64,000 nt of DNA from Candidatus Syntropharchaeum sp. (GTDB lineage Archaea > Halobacteriota > Syntropharchaeia > Syntropharchaeales > Syntropharchaeaceae). The position numbers and the translations under genes were made by a program. The DNA is taken from positions 594 through 64,593 of the forward strand of contig JAOQII010000005.1 in assembly GCA_026134025.1 (NCBI GenBank), read 5' to 3'. Below, piece after piece: positions 49,843 through 60,342 of the stretch. The notes below the pieces were generated by a model, which had not been told where the DNA came from, ran no database searches, and saw nothing but the letters and a program-made list of their open reading frames with translations. Position 1 is the stretch's first letter; each line of letters starts with the position of its first letter.

Positions 49843-50911
49843 GATATTCTTGAAATCAGAGGGCGTCAGGAGAAGCTGGGAGAAGATACTATATACTGAG
49901 ATCAAAAAAGCGATCGGAGAGGTCAAACTCAGGAAAGGTAGAGGGCGAATCTGGATCGAGAACGAGATAAGTCCGGAAGCAGAAGAGCGGTTGAAACTGA
50001 TATTTGGGATTCAGTCATTCTCAAGATGTGAGCGATGTGATCTCGGTGAACTTGAAGTAAAGGTTCTCGATTTCTGGAATAGAAGGGGTAATAAAGCTGA
50101 TTTTACCTTTGCGGTCAGGGTCAAACGAACGGGATTGCATGAATTCACCTCACAGGAGATGGCAGCAAAAATTGGGGCACTGATCCTTGATCATCACCCT
50201 GATTTGAAGGTCAATCTTGATAACCCTGATTACATAATCTACATCGAGATAAGGGATCGTGACTGCTATATCTTTGATGAGGTAATCGAGGGTGCAGGTG
50301 GACTACCTTACGGGGTTGAGGGCAAGGTTGTGGCACTCTTCTCTGGTGGTGTGGACTCAAGCCTTGCATGCTGGTTGATGATGCAAAGAGGATCTGTGAT
50401 AATTCCTGTTTATTTTGATCTCGGCGTTTTTGCAGGTGGAGAAGGTGTAAAGAGGGCAGAGAAGGTTGCATCGTTTTTACAACTTTATCAGCGGGATTTT
50501 AAGCCTGTGAAAATCGATCACGGGGTTTTTCTGAGTGAGGTTAAGCGCGTGCTCAAGGAGGCTCGGCTTGATAATTATAGATGTCTCTTCTGCAAAAGAG
50601 AGATGTACAGGGTTGCAGAGAAAATCGCAGCGCGTGAAGGTTGTAAAGGAATTGTTACAGGTGAATCGCTCGGTCAGGTAGCATCACAGACACTTGATAA
50701 CCTTTTTGTACTTGATCAGGCGGTAGATATTCCTGTATTCCGTCCACTTATAGGGCTTGATAAGATGGAGATAGAGCGGCTGGCAAGAAAAGTCGGGGTC
50801 TACGAGATCTGTATATCGATAAAGGAAGAATGCCTTGCAATACCAGAGAAACCCATAACCAGTGGGAATCTTAAAAAGATTCTTGATCTTGAGAGCGCTT
50901 TAATCGATTGA
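49817..50911 (+). CDS. thiI: tRNA 4-thiouridine synthase ThiI
   Basis: THUMP domain, GGLPYG, SGGVDS, CLFCKR, TGESLGQVASQT; GTG at 49817 inferred. Confidence 0.93.
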   Translation: MLLIRPSAEIFLKSEGVRRSWEKILYTEIKKAIGEVKLRKGRGRIWIENEISPEAEERLKLIFGIQSFSRCERCDLGELEVKVLDFWNRRGNKADFTFAVRVKRTGLHEFTSQEMAAKIGALILDHHPDLKVNLDNPDYIIYIEIRDRDCYIFDEVIEGAGGLPYGVEGKVVALFSGGVDSSLACWLMMQRGSVIIPVYFDLGVFAGGEGVKRAEKVASFLQLYQRDFKPVKIDHGVFLSEVKRVLKEARLDNYRCLFCKREMYRVAEKIAAREGCKGIVTGESLGQVASQTLDNLFVLDQAVDIPVFRPLIGLDKMEIERLARKVGVYEICISIKEECLAIPEKPITSGNLKKILDLESALID

Positions 50912-50966
50912 GTTCTTAGAAACAAGCAGAACCCTTACAGGAGCACCACTCGCACCTGGAATATTG

Positions 50967-51008
50967 AGAGGAAGACAGATCATATCTGAGTGATCTGTAG
51001 TCTCCTCT
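50967..51008. terminator. Stable hairpin between convergent thiI and lysS
   Basis: AGAGGA...ACAGATCA-TATCTGAG-TGATCTGT...TCCTCT. Confidence 0.4.
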
Positions 51009-51026
51009 GAACTTGTATCTATGCTT

Positions 51027-52544
51027 TTATCTCTCAACTCCCTCAAACCGCCTGACAACAAAATCCCGATCAAGCGAGGTTAGAAACCACCCGGCCCTTG
51101 GCCCAGACTTTCTGCCGAGAAGCGAGAGGTAAATACCTTTAAATATCTCCTTCGGCTTAACACCAATGCGCTCTGCGATCGCATACACCTCCTGATGCAC
51201 CATCTCGGCATCGATCCCCTCGTGCATGAGGAAATCTGCAAGCTCAACTAACCCCTCTCGCACCTCAGGCGGTATCTCATCCACTTCACGTGGGATCTCC
51301 TGCCTGACCTCAAAGCGAACTGACTGAGGGGCAAAACGTTCAAGCCATTCCTTTGCGTACTCAACATACCGTCTGACGGTCTCAAGATCATCGACCCGGT
51401 ATCCACCACGTTTTATGATCTCAAGCGTTTTTTCAGCGTCAAACTCAGCAATCTGGACGATATTAACGATATGTCTGAAGGGAACGTCGATCATAAGGCT
51501 TTTTTTAGTTGCTGAGAGTTTCTTTGAGCGGACAGAGCCGATATCCAGCCGTTCATACTCATCGATTAAGTTCAGAAGCCCAAGTCCTGGATCGATCTCG
51601 ATGTGCTTCTCAGGCTTAACCCGTATCATAATATATTTCAGGATCTCGGGTGGGATACACGATAACATCTCAGATATCGTTATCGTAACCCCTTTTGAGG
51701 ATGACATCGATCCTTTGCCTTTCAGGAGTACATGCTCAAAGGGAATCGGATATGGGGGGTCATAATCATAGATCTCTCTTGATAGTTTTATTCCAGATTC
51801 GTAAGAGCTCCCAGCAGATGCGTGATCCTTCCCAAAAGGCTCTGCTGTAACCCCCAGAATCGCCCATCTTGCAGGCCAGTCAACTCGCCACGTGAGTTTT
51901 CCCCCGCCTCGCACCGGCACCTCATTCTCATCTCCACATCTGCAACGGTAACTGACGATCATCCGATCTGTGTCAAACCCTGTGACGATCGTTGTTGTAA
52001 GCCTGCCACAGCTCTTGCATATCGGGTTGAATGGACTCCAGTCGTGAGAAGTGACCTTTCCTGTGACCTCATCAATGATCAAAGCGATCCTGTCACGCAT
52101 TCTAAGTGCTTTCACGATTGCCTCATCGTAATCACCGTTTGCATACATCAAATCTGCCCGATAAACCTCAATATCGATCTCTAACTCATCGAGGGATTCA
52201 AGGAATGGCTGCAGGAAATGCGCTGCATAGCTCTCACAGCAGCCTTCAGGATCCGGGATTGCAGAGAGCGGACGTCCGACATGCTCCTCATACGAGTCTG
52301 GAAGGAAGGGGTAAAGACGTCTCAAGGGATCATAGGTGTCAGCGATATAAATTAATCTTGCATCCTCTGCACCCCTATCATGTAACGCTCTGTAGATTGC
52401 ATCCGCTGTTATAACCTCTCTTAAGTTCCCGATATGAATTGGGCCCGAGGGTGAGATCCCTGTTGCAACAACCGGTCTACGACCTGTTTTTATCAGATCT
52501 TCTGCGATAACATCTGCCCAGTGAACTTTCTCACCTCGTTCCAC
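51027..52544 (-). CDS. lysS: Class I lysyl-tRNA synthetase
   Basis: HWAD, SPSGPIHIGN, KLTWRVDW, GKDH, SMSSSKG. Confidence 0.96.
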   Translation of the reverse strand: MERGEKVHWADVIAEDLIKTGRRPVVATGISPSGPIHIGNLREVITADAIYRALHDRGAEDARLIYIADTYDPLRRLYPFLPDSYEEHVGRPLSAIPDPEGCCESYAAHFLQPFLESLDELEIDIEVYRADLMYANGDYDEAIVKALRMRDRIALIIDEVTGKVTSHDWSPFNPICKSCGRLTTTIVTGFDTDRMIVSYRCRCGDENEVPVRGGGKLTWRVDWPARWAILGVTAEPFGKDHASAGSSYESGIKLSREIYDYDPPYPIPFEHVLLKGKGSMSSSKGVTITISEMLSCIPPEILKYIMIRVKPEKHIEIDPGLGLLNLIDEYERLDIGSVRSKKLSATKKSLMIDVPFRHIVNIVQIAEFDAEKTLEIIKRGGYRVDDLETVRRYVEYAKEWLERFAPQSVRFEVRQEIPREVDEIPPEVREGLVELADFLMHEGIDAEMVHQEVYAIAERIGVKPKEIFKGIYLSLLGRKSGPRAGWFLTSLDRDFVVRRFEGVER

Positions 52545-52547
52545 GAT

Positions 52548-53267
52548 TCACACCAGCTTGAAGTATACCCTTCTGTTCTTCTTTCCCTTGTTCTCAAGCT
52601 TTAAAAGCTCAATCTCACCGATCTCGCTTAAATGTCTTACATGTGTACCACCATCTGCCTGCCTGTCGATGCCCGCTATCTCAACAACCCTCAGTTCTTC
52701 AAGATCTGGAGGTAAACCCTTTGCAAGCAGTGAGACCCCCTCTCGTTCTGCCTCCTCACGGGAGAGGTAGTAGTGGCGGACAGGAAGATCCTGCTTTATT
52801 ATCTCGTTTGCGTAATCTAAAAACCCTTTCATCACATCCCTCTCAAACTTCTCAAGCGAGAAATCGATCCTGACCTTCTCGATATCGAGCTGATTTCCTG
52901 TAATAAGCGCACCTGTTCTCTGGTTTATGATCGCACTCACGAGATGTGCTGCGGTATGCGATCGCATGAGTTTATAGCGCCTCTCCCAGTCGATCACACA
53001 CCTAACCCGATCACCTTCTTTGAGATTGCAGAAATCTGAATCGATCTCATGGCTCACGTTACCATCGAATTTACCCACATATACAACAGGGTAGCGTGCT
53101 CCATCTGCTAAAGAAATAATCTCGCCCCTATCATGCGGCTGCCCCCCGCCCTCGGGGTAGAATATCGTAGAATCAAGCACCACAAATTTCGAATCCTTCA
53201 CAGCAATGGCACGCGTTTCATGCTCACGTCTGTAGCTATCTTCAAGGTAAATCTCTCTTCTCTTCAC
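52548..53267 (-). CDS. alaX: AlaX (AlaXp) tRNA editing protein
   Basis: FYPEGGGQ, HTAAH, DGGTHV. Confidence 0.92.
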   Translation of the reverse strand: MKRREIYLEDSYRREHETRAIAVKDSKFVVLDSTIFYPEGGGQPHDRGEIISLADGARYPVVYVGKFDGNVSHEIDSDFCNLKEGDRVRCVIDWERRYKLMRSHTAAHLVSAIINQRTGALITGNQLDIEKVRIDFSLEKFERDVMKGFLDYANEIIKQDLPVRHYYLSREEAEREGVSLLAKGLPPDLEELRVVEIAGIDRQADGGTHVRHLSEIGEIELLKLENKGKKNRRVYFKLV

Positions 53268-54793
53268 TTCTTCACCATCGGTACTGCTTCCTTGAGTCCA
53301 TCTCTAAGCGTTCTTCGCGTATCAATCTCTGATAAGTCGATACCTATACTCACCATCGCCTCTGTTATATCTGCCCTCACACCGGTGAAGATCACCTTGC
53401 TACCAAGAAACTTTGCAGCACTTGCGGTCTTTAAAAGGTGCTGGGCAACGTCTACATCGATCGTGGGGATGCCACTTAGATCAAGTATCACGACCTCAGC
53501 CTCATGCTTCACGATCTCATTTAAAAGTTGTTCCATGATCTGTTCTGCACGTTCGGTCCTGATCGTGCCGATTAAGGGAACCATCAAGACCTTGTCCCAC
53601 ACCTCAATAATCGGTGTTGATAGCCTCATGATCTCATTGCTCAAACGTTCTCGCTCCTCGATCGCCCGTTTCAAATCAGTGATATCAACGAGATACTCGA
53701 GTCCGCCAACAATGTTATCTTCAGCATCCTTGAGCGGTGCACCAGTGTATTGTGTAGATATATCACCTTTCACAGTGTGAACGACCCTCTCGCAGGTTAT
53801 GACGCTATCTTCCATCATCGCTTTTGTAATACAGCATCTCTCAGTCTGACACTCCGCCGACCTGACAAGATCATAACATTTCTCGCCCACTGCATCCTCA
53901 ATCGCTACTCCAGTCATATCTACCCATGAAGGGTTTACGAACTGGATTGTGAATTCTTTATCAACGACCATGACTGGAGTCGGTATGTTATTAAGGTATG
54001 CAACTTTCGCCTTAGCGTCATCCAGTGCCGCTCGAAGCTCATCGATGCGTGTTCCTGTGTGAAGAATAGCATATATCTCTCCTTTTTCATTCCTCAGCGG
54101 CCCACAGGTGTATTTGATCGGGTAAAGATCCTCACCCATCTTGACGTCGACCTCAAACTCAAACTCTTCCCCTTTTGCTGCCCTCTCATAGACTTCTTTC
54201 ATCTTTTGCTGGACGTCTTCTGAGTACTCCCACCATGGCATCTGGTCAAACCTCATCCCGAGAACATCCTCAAGCTTGAACCCGAACTTCTCGATCGTGA
54301 CAGCACTCGTGAACTGAAGTCTGCCCTCGGGGTCTGTCACCGCCATATACGTCGGCATGTTGTCAAGGTATGCGACCTTCTGCTGAGCATCTTCCAGTGC
54401 CTGTTTCTTCTCACTGATATCCCGTCCCTCTGGAATGAGATACTTGATATTTCCCTCTTCATCATAGACTGGATGCATACTGAACTCTACCCATATCAGG
54501 GAGCCATCGGCTGTCTGCACCTGAATCTCATGGATGAGCCGCTCACCACGTGCACATCTTTCTATATCTTCCTTGATCTGCTCCTGTGCCTCTCTGGAGT
54601 ATGCCCACCAGTGAGCATCATAGAACTTCTTACCCTTCACGTCCTCAAGCGTTATCCCGGCAAGCTCAAGCGGCGTGTTGTTGGCAAAGATCAGTGTTCC
54701 ATCCGGCTCAAGCACGCCGACAAATGTGATCATATCATTCAGAACCTTTGAGTAGAAAACTTCATCTTCTTCAGGTTTCATCTTCGCACCCAA
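53264..54793 (-). CDS. Multi-PAS + STAS (RsbR-like) sensor protein
   Basis: Three PAS/PAC domains, then LSTPIIEVWDKVLMVPLIGTIRTERA...ILDLSG...TGVR. Confidence 0.88.
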   Translation of the reverse strand: MGAKMKPEEDEVFYSKVLNDMITFVGVLEPDGTLIFANNTPLELAGITLEDVKGKKFYDAHWWAYSREAQEQIKEDIERCARGERLIHEIQVQTADGSLIWVEFSMHPVYDEEGNIKYLIPEGRDISEKKQALEDAQQKVAYLDNMPTYMAVTDPEGRLQFTSAVTIEKFGFKLEDVLGMRFDQMPWWEYSEDVQQKMKEVYERAAKGEEFEFEVDVKMGEDLYPIKYTCGPLRNEKGEIYAILHTGTRIDELRAALDDAKAKVAYLNNIPTPVMVVDKEFTIQFVNPSWVDMTGVAIEDAVGEKCYDLVRSAECQTERCCITKAMMEDSVITCERVVHTVKGDISTQYTGAPLKDAEDNIVGGLEYLVDITDLKRAIEERERLSNEIMRLSTPIIEVWDKVLMVPLIGTIRTERAEQIMEQLLNEIVKHEAEVVILDLSGIPTIDVDVAQHLLKTASAAKFLGSKVIFTGVRADITEAMVSIGIDLSEIDTRRTLRDGLKEAVPMVKK

Positions 54794-54857
54794 TTAGATA
54801 ATCTCAAAGCATTGATATATAAGCTTGCTTACCCGAGTCCTTTTTTTCACCCCATAT

Positions 54858-55643
54858 TCAAGTCCTTTTCGCAACAAGAACCCCCCAGATCCCCGATGGA
54901 AGCACCTCACGCCTGATAACATCAAACCCAACATCTTTACACATATCAGCCCACATAGCGATCTCTATCGCATACTCGCCATCATTCAGAAGATGCTTCT
55001 TTGTATTATCAAACATCCGATCAAGCACACCCGCTCCACACGCACTTACAAGGAGTATAAGCAGTTTTGTGAAGCTTGCCATCAATCGCTCAAGTCGCTT
55101 GATATCGTTGTGATCCCCGCTCGTATCGACGTTAAGCTCACCGAGGAGAAACTTTCCACCAGGCTTGAGGACCCTGTAAATCTCTTTCAATGCCTTAGAC
55201 TTCTCCTCAGGTGTCACATGGTGCATCACAGCAGATGATGCAACGATATCAAATGCTTCATCCCTGAAAGGTAGGTTTACAGCATTTCCAGGTCTAAGTT
55301 CGATACGGTTCATAAAGTCATAACCCTCATTGCGCAATCGATTTAGCTTATCCCTGAAAACTGCAAGCATCTCCCCTGAGAGATCAATGGCTGTGAGCTT
55401 GCATTTTGCTGCATCCACAAACTTCAAACTCAAAAATCCTGTGCCACAACCGATATCAAGTACCACATCCCCATCCTTCACTCCGGCGTATTCAACAATA
55501 TTGTTGACCAGCATCTGGTATTCCGGAACTCTTGGAATAATATCGTCGTACTCATCTGCCCAGGCATCAAACCAGTCCCTTGTCACAGCCTCGCTCATAA
55601 TGTCCGATACATCTTGAGAGCTTATAGATTTACCCGATATCAT
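54858..55643 (-). CDS. Class I SAM-dependent methyltransferase
   Basis: VLDIGCGTG, LPFRDEAFD, RVLKPGG. Confidence 0.88.
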   Translation of the reverse strand: MISGKSISSQDVSDIMSEAVTRDWFDAWADEYDDIIPRVPEYQMLVNNIVEYAGVKDGDVVLDIGCGTGFLSLKFVDAAKCKLTAIDLSGEMLAVFRDKLNRLRNEGYDFMNRIELRPGNAVNLPFRDEAFDIVASSAVMHHVTPEEKSKALKEIYRVLKPGGKFLLGELNVDTSGDHNDIKRLERLMASFTKLLILLVSACGAGVLDRMFDNTKKHLLNDGEYAIEIAMWADMCKDVGFDVIRREVLPSGIWGVLVAKRT

Positions 55644-55674
55644 TTTATAGAATCGGCTTTAAAGGTAGGTTTGT

Positions 55675-57315
55675 ATGCCAATCATACGGTTAGATTACAG
55701 GGATCTGGAGGAACTCACAGGTCTTGAAAGGGGTCGGATACTCGATAAAATCCCAATGATCGGTGCTGATATTGAGCGGATCGATGAAGATCATGTTGAT
55801 ATTGAATTCTTCCCGAACAGGCCAGATCTCTTCAGTGTTGAAGGGGTAGCACGGGCGATGAGAGGGTTTCTTGGTATTGAGCCCGGGATTGTGGAATACC
55901 AGGTAAACAATTCAGGTGTTACCCTTGAGATAGATCCTTCAGTCAAGCCACTCCGTCCTTACATTGTCTGTGCGGTTGTGAGAGGTCTTGATTTCACAAT
56001 TCCTTCGTTTATTGAGGCTTTGATGGGACTTCAGGAGCATCTTCACTGGGTACTTGGACGTGATAGAAAGCGCGTCTCTATTGGTGTCCATGATATCTCA
56101 AAGGTGAAGCCTCCGTTTACCTATCTGGGTGAATCCCCTGCGTTTGCATTTGTACCACTCGATTTTGATCACGAGATGTCGATGGATGAAATATTGCAGA
56201 AACATCCCAAAGGTGTGAAGTTCAAAGGCATCCTCGAAGGAATGGATTATTACCCGCTCATCACCGACTCAAATGGGGATGTAGTCTCCTTCCCACCGAT
56301 CATAAACGGCGAGCTTACACGGGTTTGTGAAGATACAAGGGATCTCTTCATCGATGTTACAGGGACGAGTGATGCTGTTAATTTTGCCCTGAACATCCTT
56401 GTTACCGCGCTAAAAGAGCGAGGAGGGGTCATTGAGTCTGTCAGGGTTCTGGATTCTGAGAATGGCCGAAGCATTGTTACACCCAATCTTACGCCCACGT
56501 TGATGTCTGTTACAGTTACAGAGGCGTCAAAGCTCATTGGACTTAATCTTTCGGTTGAGGATTGCGTAACGTCACTTGAAAGAATGAGATTCGGGATATC
56601 GAATACGAATGGTGAGATACTTGAGGTTTTAATCCCTGCGTATCGTTCTGATATACTCCACCCCCACGATCTTGTTGAGGATATCGCTATAGGGTATGGA
56701 TACGATCGTATAACACCTGAGATGCCTGATACAAAGGGTGTTGGTAGAATCCATCAGATCGAAATTACAAAATCACTTATAAGGGAGGCTATGGTTGGGC
56801 TTGGTTACTACGAGGTTATGACATTCACGTTAACGTCTCCAAAGGTTCAATATGAAAAGATGAGGTGGGATGAGGATGGTTCATGCCTTTCACTCATGTA
56901 TCCGATAAACGAAGAGCAGACGATCCTGAGGACTTCGATACTCCCAAATCTCCTCGAGATACTCTCACTCAATAAGCACAGGGAACTCCCGCAGCGGATA
57001 TTTGAGGTAGGGGATGTCATCGTGGATGAACAAAATGAGTTCCACCTTGCAGGGGTATCGATTCACTCCCTCGCCGAATTTGCTGAAGTGCGATCATTGA
57101 TCGATACTGTAATAAGTGAGATCTGGAGCGATTGTGAGATTCAGATCGTGCCTTCGGGGAATGCTGCATTTATCGAAGGGAGAAGGGCGGATCTTAGCTT
57201 AAACGGGGAGATTTTAGGATTTTTTGGTGAGATCCATCCTGATGTGATACTTGGTTTTGAGCTTGGGCATCCAATCGTTGGATTTGAGATAAACGCATCA
57301 AAGATGAGGAGGTGA
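55675..57315 (+). CDS. pheT: Phenylalanyl-tRNA synthetase beta subunit
   Basis: [40 protein letters not shown]. Confidence 0.96.
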   Translation: MPIIRLDYRDLEELTGLERGRILDKIPMIGADIERIDEDHVDIEFFPNRPDLFSVEGVARAMRGFLGIEPGIVEYQVNNSGVTLEIDPSVKPLRPYIVCAVVRGLDFTIPSFIEALMGLQEHLHWVLGRDRKRVSIGVHDISKVKPPFTYLGESPAFAFVPLDFDHEMSMDEILQKHPKGVKFKGILEGMDYYPLITDSNGDVVSFPPIINGELTRVCEDTRDLFIDVTGTSDAVNFALNILVTALKERGGVIESVRVLDSENGRSIVTPNLTPTLMSVTVTEASKLIGLNLSVEDCVTSLERMRFGISNTNGEILEVLIPAYRSDILHPHDLVEDIAIGYGYDRITPEMPDTKGVGRIHQIEITKSLIREAMVGLGYYEVMTFTLTSPKVQYEKMRWDEDGSCLSLMYPINEEQTILRTSILPNLLEILSLNKHRELPQRIFEVGDVIVDEQNEFHLAGVSIHSLAEFAEVRSLIDTVISEIWSDCEIQIVPSGNAAFIEGRRADLSLNGEILGFFGEIHPDVILGFELGHPIVGFEINASKMRR

Positions 57316-57320
57316 GAGTT

Positions 57321-57737
57321 ATGCGAGATAAAGTAGCCATCTTAATTGGATCTGAGTCTGATATGTCGATAGCTATCGATGTATGCAAAGTTCTCGATGA
57401 AAACGGGGTTAAATTTGATCTTCAAACAATCTCTGCACACAGAAACCCTGAAGAGCTTGATATGTACTTGAAGGAACTTGAACAGGATAAGAATGAGATT
57501 GGTATCATAATAGCGATCGCAGGACTTGCTGCTGCACTGCCAGGTGTCATCGCATCAAAGACCGGCCTTCCTGTAATAGGTGTACCCGTTTCGGCAAAGT
57601 TGATGGGGCTTGACGCACTTTTATCGATGGTTCAGATGCCAAAAGGAGTTCCTGTCGCGGTTGTTGGGATCGATAATGGCAAAAACGCCGCCCATCTGGC
57701 TGTCAGGATCCTGAGGTTGGTAAATGAAAAAAGGTAA
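57321..57737 (+). CDS. purE: N5-CAIR mutase / AIR carboxylase
   Basis: [33 protein letters not shown]. Confidence 0.93.
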   Translation: MRDKVAILIGSESDMSIAIDVCKVLDENGVKFDLQTISAHRNPEELDMYLKELEQDKNEIGIIIAIAGLAAALPGVIASKTGLPVIGVPVSAKLMGLDALLSMVQMPKGVPVAVVGIDNGKNAAHLAVRILRLVNEKR

Positions 57738-57771
57738 AAACTTATAGCCCGACTCAAATAGATTGATCTTA

Positions 57772-58128
57772 ATGAGTGATGTATGGGGATTATCAACGAG
57801 CATCGATCTCTATGGATGTGATCCTGAGCTTATCAGAGATCCAGATGTGTTAAAAAAGTACGTCAAAGATCTCTGTGAACTCATTGATATGAAGCGCTTT
57901 GGCGAGACAGAGATCGTTTACTTTGGAGAGGAGAACGATAACGGAGGATATTCTTTCGTTCAATTCATCGAGACTTCCCTGATCTCAGGTCATTTTGTAG
58001 ATAAAACAAACAATGGATATCTTGATATCTTCAGCTGCAAGTCGTACGATCCAGCCCTTGTTGCGAGATTTTCAAAGGAATTTTTTTGCGCAAAGGATGC
58101 AATACGCCACACACTGGTGAGAAGGTGA
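57772..58128 (+). CDS. speD: S-adenosylmethionine decarboxylase proenzyme (pyruvoyl type)
   Basis: GYSFVQFIETSLISGHF (ET|S cleavage site), DIFSCK. Confidence 0.8.
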   Translation: MSDVWGLSTSIDLYGCDPELIRDPDVLKKYVKDLCELIDMKRFGETEIVYFGEENDNGGYSFVQFIETSLISGHFVDKTNNGYLDIFSCKSYDPALVARFSKEFFCAKDAIRHTLVRR

Positions 58129-58131
58129 GAG

Positions 58132-59385
58132 ATGAGCAGGCGAACTGTGCTTGAGATTAACAGGCGTATCGAGGATGGAACGGTCAAAGTTATGAGCGCG
58201 AACGAACTCAAAACACTCCTCTGTCAGGGAGAAGACGTAAAGTTTGATGATGTCGACGTTGTAACCACTGGAACGAGGGGGGTTATGAGCGGTACGATGG
58301 CTATACTTTCCTTTCCTGTTGGAGAGAGGGGAGCGTTTGAACGTGCAACGAGTGTCCGCTTGAACGGTGTTCCTGCATACCCAGGACCGTGCCCCAATGA
58401 GCGGCTTGGGATCGTTGATCTCATCGTCTATGGAACTTCTCACGACCGCGACTACGGTGGTGGGCACCTGTTCAGGGATCTTGTCGCTGGAGAGGCGATC
58501 AGGGTTGACGTCAGGACTTCAGATGATAAAAAGATCGATACAACCATAAAACTTGATGAAATACCGTTTGCAAGAATGGTTGGGGTTAGAAACGCATTCA
58601 AGAACTACACGGCATTTGTGAATGGAGAGAGAGATATGATCTCAACGATCTTCTCAACCCGACCGCTTAAAGGACCCATGAGGGAGCTTACATTTGCTGG
58701 TTGTGGAGAGATAAACCCACTCGAGAACGATCCAAATCTTGATACGATCGGTATCGGAACGGGAATTCTTATGAATGGAGCAGAAGGTTTTGTTGAGGGT
58801 TTGGGAACGCGTAGCACGAGTGAGAAACTGAATCTATCTGGATTTGCAGATATGCATGAGATGAACCCGCTTTATATGGGCGGATTTCTAACTTCGGCAG
58901 GCCCTGAGGTGATAAATACATGGGCGATCCCGATACCTGTTCTTGATGATCGGGTTCTCGATAATCTCAAGCGGCTCAACGATGAGATAAAGCTCCCGAT
59001 CGTGGATCTTCAGGGAAGAACGCAGGTAGGTGAGATAACCTATGCTGATGTCTGGAAAGGCGATTTATCGGTGGATTTTGATCCCGGTTCATGTATCAAC
59101 TGTGAAACGTGTCTTTCTGAGCAATTTTGCCCCACAGGTGCGTTCTCGTTATTATCGAAGAAGATTGAGGAGGATCTATGCTTTAACTGCGGGTCTTGCA
59201 GGGCATTTTGCGTGGGTGGGGCGTTCTCTGGTGATAATGGGTCAGTGAAACTTAAAGGTAGGGATGTTCCAATTGTAACGCGCCAATCAGACCTTTCTGG
59301 TGGAATCAAGATTGCAGATGAGCTTAAAAATAGGATTCTAAATGGTAGCTTCAGATTGAGGGCGCCTGTTTCGAGTCTTCGGTGA
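58132..59385 (+). CDS. Methanogenesis marker 16-type protein (DUF39/COG1900 + ferredoxin)
   Basis: VDVVTTGTRGVMSG, GPCPNERLG, YGGGHLF, NPLENDP, two CxxCxxC motifs. Confidence 0.82.
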   Translation: MSRRTVLEINRRIEDGTVKVMSANELKTLLCQGEDVKFDDVDVVTTGTRGVMSGTMAILSFPVGERGAFERATSVRLNGVPAYPGPCPNERLGIVDLIVYGTSHDRDYGGGHLFRDLVAGEAIRVDVRTSDDKKIDTTIKLDEIPFARMVGVRNAFKNYTAFVNGERDMISTIFSTRPLKGPMRELTFAGCGEINPLENDPNLDTIGIGTGILMNGAEGFVEGLGTRSTSEKLNLSGFADMHEMNPLYMGGFLTSAGPEVINTWAIPIPVLDDRVLDNLKRLNDEIKLPIVDLQGRTQVGEITYADVWKGDLSVDFDPGSCINCETCLSEQFCPTGAFSLLSKKIEEDLCFNCGSCRAFCVGGAFSGDNGSVKLKGRDVPIVTRQSDLSGGIKIADELKNRILNGSFRLRAPVSSLR

Positions 59386-59464
59386 GATTACGAGGGAGCG
59401 AATAGTTATTAACATCCTCATTTAGATCTATCACTGCCTATGATGAATAAGATCCTGCTGAGTT

Positions 59465-59920
59465 ATGATGAACCCTATGAGTACTGAGGCGGTTGATGTG
59501 GGAAAGAGGAGGAGGATCAAAGGGATTGCAAGGGATACGCTTGATTTCATTCTTAACGCTGCACGATCTTCTCACCCTGATGAGTTTGCAGGTCTGCTTG
59601 AGGCGGAGGACGGCATCATCGTTAATGTGATCCTTCTCCCAGGCACGATCTCATCGAATAGGGGTGCAAGGATTCATCTTGATATGATGCCGCTTCACCT
59701 GAGTTCCGTGGGATCTGTTCATAGCCACCCAACACCGAACAACAGACCATCACAGGCCGATCTCGCATTCTTCTCAAAACGGGGTGATTACCATATCATC
59801 GTTGGATACCCGTATGATGATGAAGCCTGGAAGTGTTACAACACGCAGGGTGAGAGGCAGGCGCTTCCAGTCCTTGATGTGGACCTTGATCCGGATACCG
59901 AAGGTGATGAGATATGGTGA
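59465..59920 (+). CDS. JAMM/MPN+ metalloprotease
   Basis: HPDEF...GSVHSHPTPNNRPSQAD. Confidence 0.9.
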   Translation: MMNPMSTEAVDVGKRRRIKGIARDTLDFILNAARSSHPDEFAGLLEAEDGIIVNVILLPGTISSNRGARIHLDMMPLHLSSVGSVHSHPTPNNRPSQADLAFFSKRGDYHIIVGYPYDDEAWKCYNTQGERQALPVLDVDLDPDTEGDEIW

Positions 59921-60342
59921 AGGTGCTTGCAACAGGTACGTTTGATATCCTTCATCCAGGACATATCCTCTATCTGAGTGAGGCTAAGAAGCTTGGTGAT
60001 GAGCTTTATGTCATTGTAGCAAGGGATGAGAACGTCCTGCACAAGCCAAAGCCGATACTCCCAGAAGGGCAACGGCTGGAGATGGTGCGAGCCCTCAAAG
60101 TCGTTGATCATGCGATGCTTGGCGATCGTAAGGATAAGTTCAAGCTCGTCAGAGAGATTGTGCCGGATATTATCGCACTTGGGTATGACCAGCATTTTGC
60201 GGTCGATGAACTTGAGAAGATATGCCACAAACAGGGACTTAACATAAAGGTCAGGAGGGTCGAAATATCTGATCCCTGCCCACTTTGCAGTAGCCGCGCG
60301 ATTATAAAGCGGATTCTGAGCATCAAAGGGGGAAAAGAGTGA
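59914..60342 (+). CDS. ribL: FAD synthase (cytidyltransferase family)
   Basis: GTFDILHPGH, VARD, PDIIALGYDQ. Confidence 0.9.
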   Translation: MVKVLATGTFDILHPGHILYLSEAKKLGDELYVIVARDENVLHKPKPILPEGQRLEMVRALKVVDHAMLGDRKDKFKLVREIVPDIIALGYDQHFAVDELEKICHKQGLNIKVRRVEISDPCPLCSSRAIIKRILSIKGGKE

